From: an uncultured Bacillaceae bacterium
GTDB lineage: Bacteria > Bacillota > Bacilli > Bacillales > Amphibacillaceae
Assembly: GCA_937925695.1 (NCBI GenBank)
Contig: CALAMD010000055.1
Span: forward strand, 116,681-180,680
Direction: 5' to 3'
DNA: 64,000 nucleotides
Below the pieces are notes generated by a model that worked only from the letters and a program-made list of their open reading frames with translations, did no database searches and had not been told where the DNA came from. The position numbers and the translations under genes were made by a program. Positions within the stretch are counted from its first letter, which is position 1; each line of letters starts with the position of its first letter. Positions 62,464 to 64,000 of the stretch are shown in pieces.

Positions 62464-62630
62464 GTTCTGTCCCCTTTCAAATGCTGCTACTCAATAATTG
62501 CTCATGTTTATTGAAACAAACAACTAATCGTTAGCCATATGCTCATGCTAACATATTTACATCATGATCTCAGATTAATAGCTCAAAATTATAGGCTAAC
62601 TCGATACCTAACGGCTATTGATATTTTCTA

Positions 62631-63188
62631 TCATAATCTTTTTTCAAAAATAAGAAATTGACAAGGAACTTGGAGCATCTCAATTAATCTTGGAAAAACT
62701 TCTGCTACCGTTTCCACACGGGTCACCTCAAATCCAAGCCGACGGTACCACTGATCTAAAAATACTTTTGTTGGATGTGTGCCTTGTGTGGGAACGAGTA
62801 ATTCAAGCTTTAGTTTCTTGATATTTGCTTTACGACACAGTTCTTCCGCATAGGTCATTATTTGTCTGCCAATACCATTTTTTTGATAACGATCATCAAC
62901 AGCTAGCATTCCAAGCACAGCTGTTTCATCATCGAGTTTTTGAATACGTACACAGCCAATCACAGTATTATTTTTTTCTGCGACAATTAATTCTTCCTTG
63001 TTTATTAAGTCAGCTATTTCCCTAGCAGTTGTTCGATACATTCCTTGTTTCCATAGTCCCTTTTCAGCTATTTCATATACGCGATTAACAAGGGCTGAAA
63101 TGTATTCTGTTTTCTCTTCATTTATTTGTTCATAACTTGGTAATACATGTATTTGAAGGTGTTCCATCTTCTCATCTTCCCCATTCAA
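62631..63188 (-). CDS. GNAT family acetyltransferase
   Basis: MLAVDDRYQKNGIGR acetyl-CoA motif, WYRRLGF. Confidence 0.88.
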   Translation of the reverse strand: MNGEDEKMEHLQIHVLPSYEQINEEKTEYISALVNRVYEIAEKGLWKQGMYRTTAREIADLINKEELIVAEKNNTVIGCVRIQKLDDETAVLGMLAVDDRYQKNGIGRQIMTYAEELCRKANIKKLKLELLVPTQGTHPTKVFLDQWYRRLGFEVTRVETVAEVFPRLIEMLQVPCQFLIFEKRL

Positions 63189-63221
63189 TGTTTGTTTTGT
63201 ATAGATAAAATATAGTATTGA

Positions 63222-63662
63222 TCATAATAACTTTTTTGTAAAACAAATGATTCGATTGACTTCTTGAAACCCTAGCTTTTTATGGACAGCTAAACTTGTT
63301 ACATTGTCTAATTCACAGTCACTAGCAAATTCTCGACACCCCTTTTCCTTAGCCCAATTTTCACAGGCTCTCACCAATTTTCTTCCAGCACCTTGATTAC
63401 GAAAAGCTTCTTTCACATATAGTCCCTCTAAATATCCAACAGGACTAGAACTTGTTCCTTCTACATAGTCATACCTCAATTGGCAATAAGCAAAGCCGAT
63501 TGGTTCGTTATTAACATAACATAAATAAATTTTCGCCTTAGGATCAGTAATTACTTCAGTCATTTCCTCTTTAAATTCTTCATATGTATGATCATGCCAA
63601 AGCAATAACGCCATTTTTACTACTTCATTTATATCTTTCACCGTTGCTTCTTTTATCATCAA
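63222..63662 (-). CDS. aac(6'): Aminoglycoside 6'-N-acetyltransferase, AAC(6')-I family
   Basis: LRYDYVEG.SSSPVGYLEG.YV, FRNQG.GRKLV, EFASDCELDN..S...HKKLGF.E. Confidence 0.88.
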   Translation of the reverse strand: MMIKEATVKDINEVVKMALLLWHDHTYEEFKEEMTEVITDPKAKIYLCYVNNEPIGFAYCQLRYDYVEGTSSSPVGYLEGLYVKEAFRNQGAGRKLVRACENWAKEKGCREFASDCELDNVTSLAVHKKLGFQEVNRIICFTKKLL

Positions 63663-63739
63663 TAAACCTCCAATAATATAAGATGATGTTTATTTTTATA
63701 GAAAAATAAGGTATACTATAGTTGAAGTATAATAATATA

Positions 63740-63860
63740 TGAAAGACCACCCATGCGGGAAACATGGATGGTCAGCGTGATTAGCCCTTCAAAGGGGCGA
63801 CTCGCTAATAAAGTGGCATAACCACCCTTTTCGCTCGTCAGGCTCAGGGGTGGTTATTTT
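63740..63860 (+). ncRNA. Putative antisense antitoxin RNA (SR4/SR5/RatA-like)
   Basis: TATAAT at 63728-63733; hairpin GACCACCCATG/CATGGATGGTC, a second hairpin with core GCCCTT/AGGGGC, and terminator ATAACCACCC/GGGTGGTTAT-TTT overlapping the toxin stop codon. Confidence 0.7.
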
Positions 63861-63931
63861 CGTTCTGACAGCATGGCCACGATTAATGCTGCAAATGTGA
63901 GCATAATCATCAATGACTCAAAAACTGTCAT
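63854..63931 (-). CDS. Type I toxin, BsrE/BsrG-like (putative holin-like toxin), 25 aa MTVFESLMIMLTFAALIVAMLSERK
   Basis: SD AAAGGAGGTG; single TM helix with basic tail; N-terminus like BsrG MTVYESLMIM; too short for the ORF track. Confidence 0.85.
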   Translation of the reverse strand: MTVFESLMIMLTFAALIVAMLSERK

Positions 63932-64000
63932 TGGCATCACCTCCTTTCCCAACAAAGGAAAGAAAGCGAGCCACCACCCATGAAAGCCCTATCACACAAT

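Noticed and set aside
100-63025. Numerous 60-120 aa antisense or overlapping ORFs in the track (for example 100-330, 8619-8978, 32133-32444, 42272-42571, 55489-55752, 60585-60812, 62196-62534)
   Set aside because: They shadow well-supported genes, lack SDs and show no family motifs.
51400-64000. Prophage, ICE or IS element explaining the accessory region
   Set aside because: No integrase, transposase, phage structural genes, tRNA or att-like direct repeats were seen in the window.

Overview
AT-rich Bacillaceae chromosome; gene order and protein style suggest a Virgibacillus/Oceanobacillus-like spore former (inference). Bases 1 to about 39,400 are the conserved B. subtilis-type block menG-hepT-ndk-cheR-aroC-aroB-aroH-hisC-tyrA-aroA-ypiABF-qcrABC-ypjA-ypjB-ypjC-dapB-mgsA-bshA-cca-birA-panBCD-dinG-ypmB-aspB-asnS-dnaD-nth-ponA-recU-yppE-gpsB-rnpB-ypsC. 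Local edits include no trp operon, no ypjD, no bshB1, a miniaturised ypjB with a probable ATC start, a 19-codon ORF in place of ypmA, an inserted SDR and a relocated cdd. Bases 39,400-51,300 carry a type III PKS/methyltransferase pair, fhs, a C40 peptidase, thyA-dfrA, tatAC, an SOS-boxed yolD-like gene, msrAB and an M14 peptidase. From about 51,400 to the end is an accessory, partly decayed region. It holds a free-standing HTH-LAGLIDADG nuclease gene with a LexA box at its predicted start site and a frameshift near its 5' end, and a short array of GTCCTATAGGAC palindromes behind a second LexA-like promoter. It also holds several pseudogene fragments, a PfeT-like P1B-4 ATPase with Fur/PerR-like boxes, an AAC(6')-I-like acetyltransferase and an unannotated type I toxin-antitoxin locus at the window end. 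All calls come from motif recognition and synteny recall; no searches were run.
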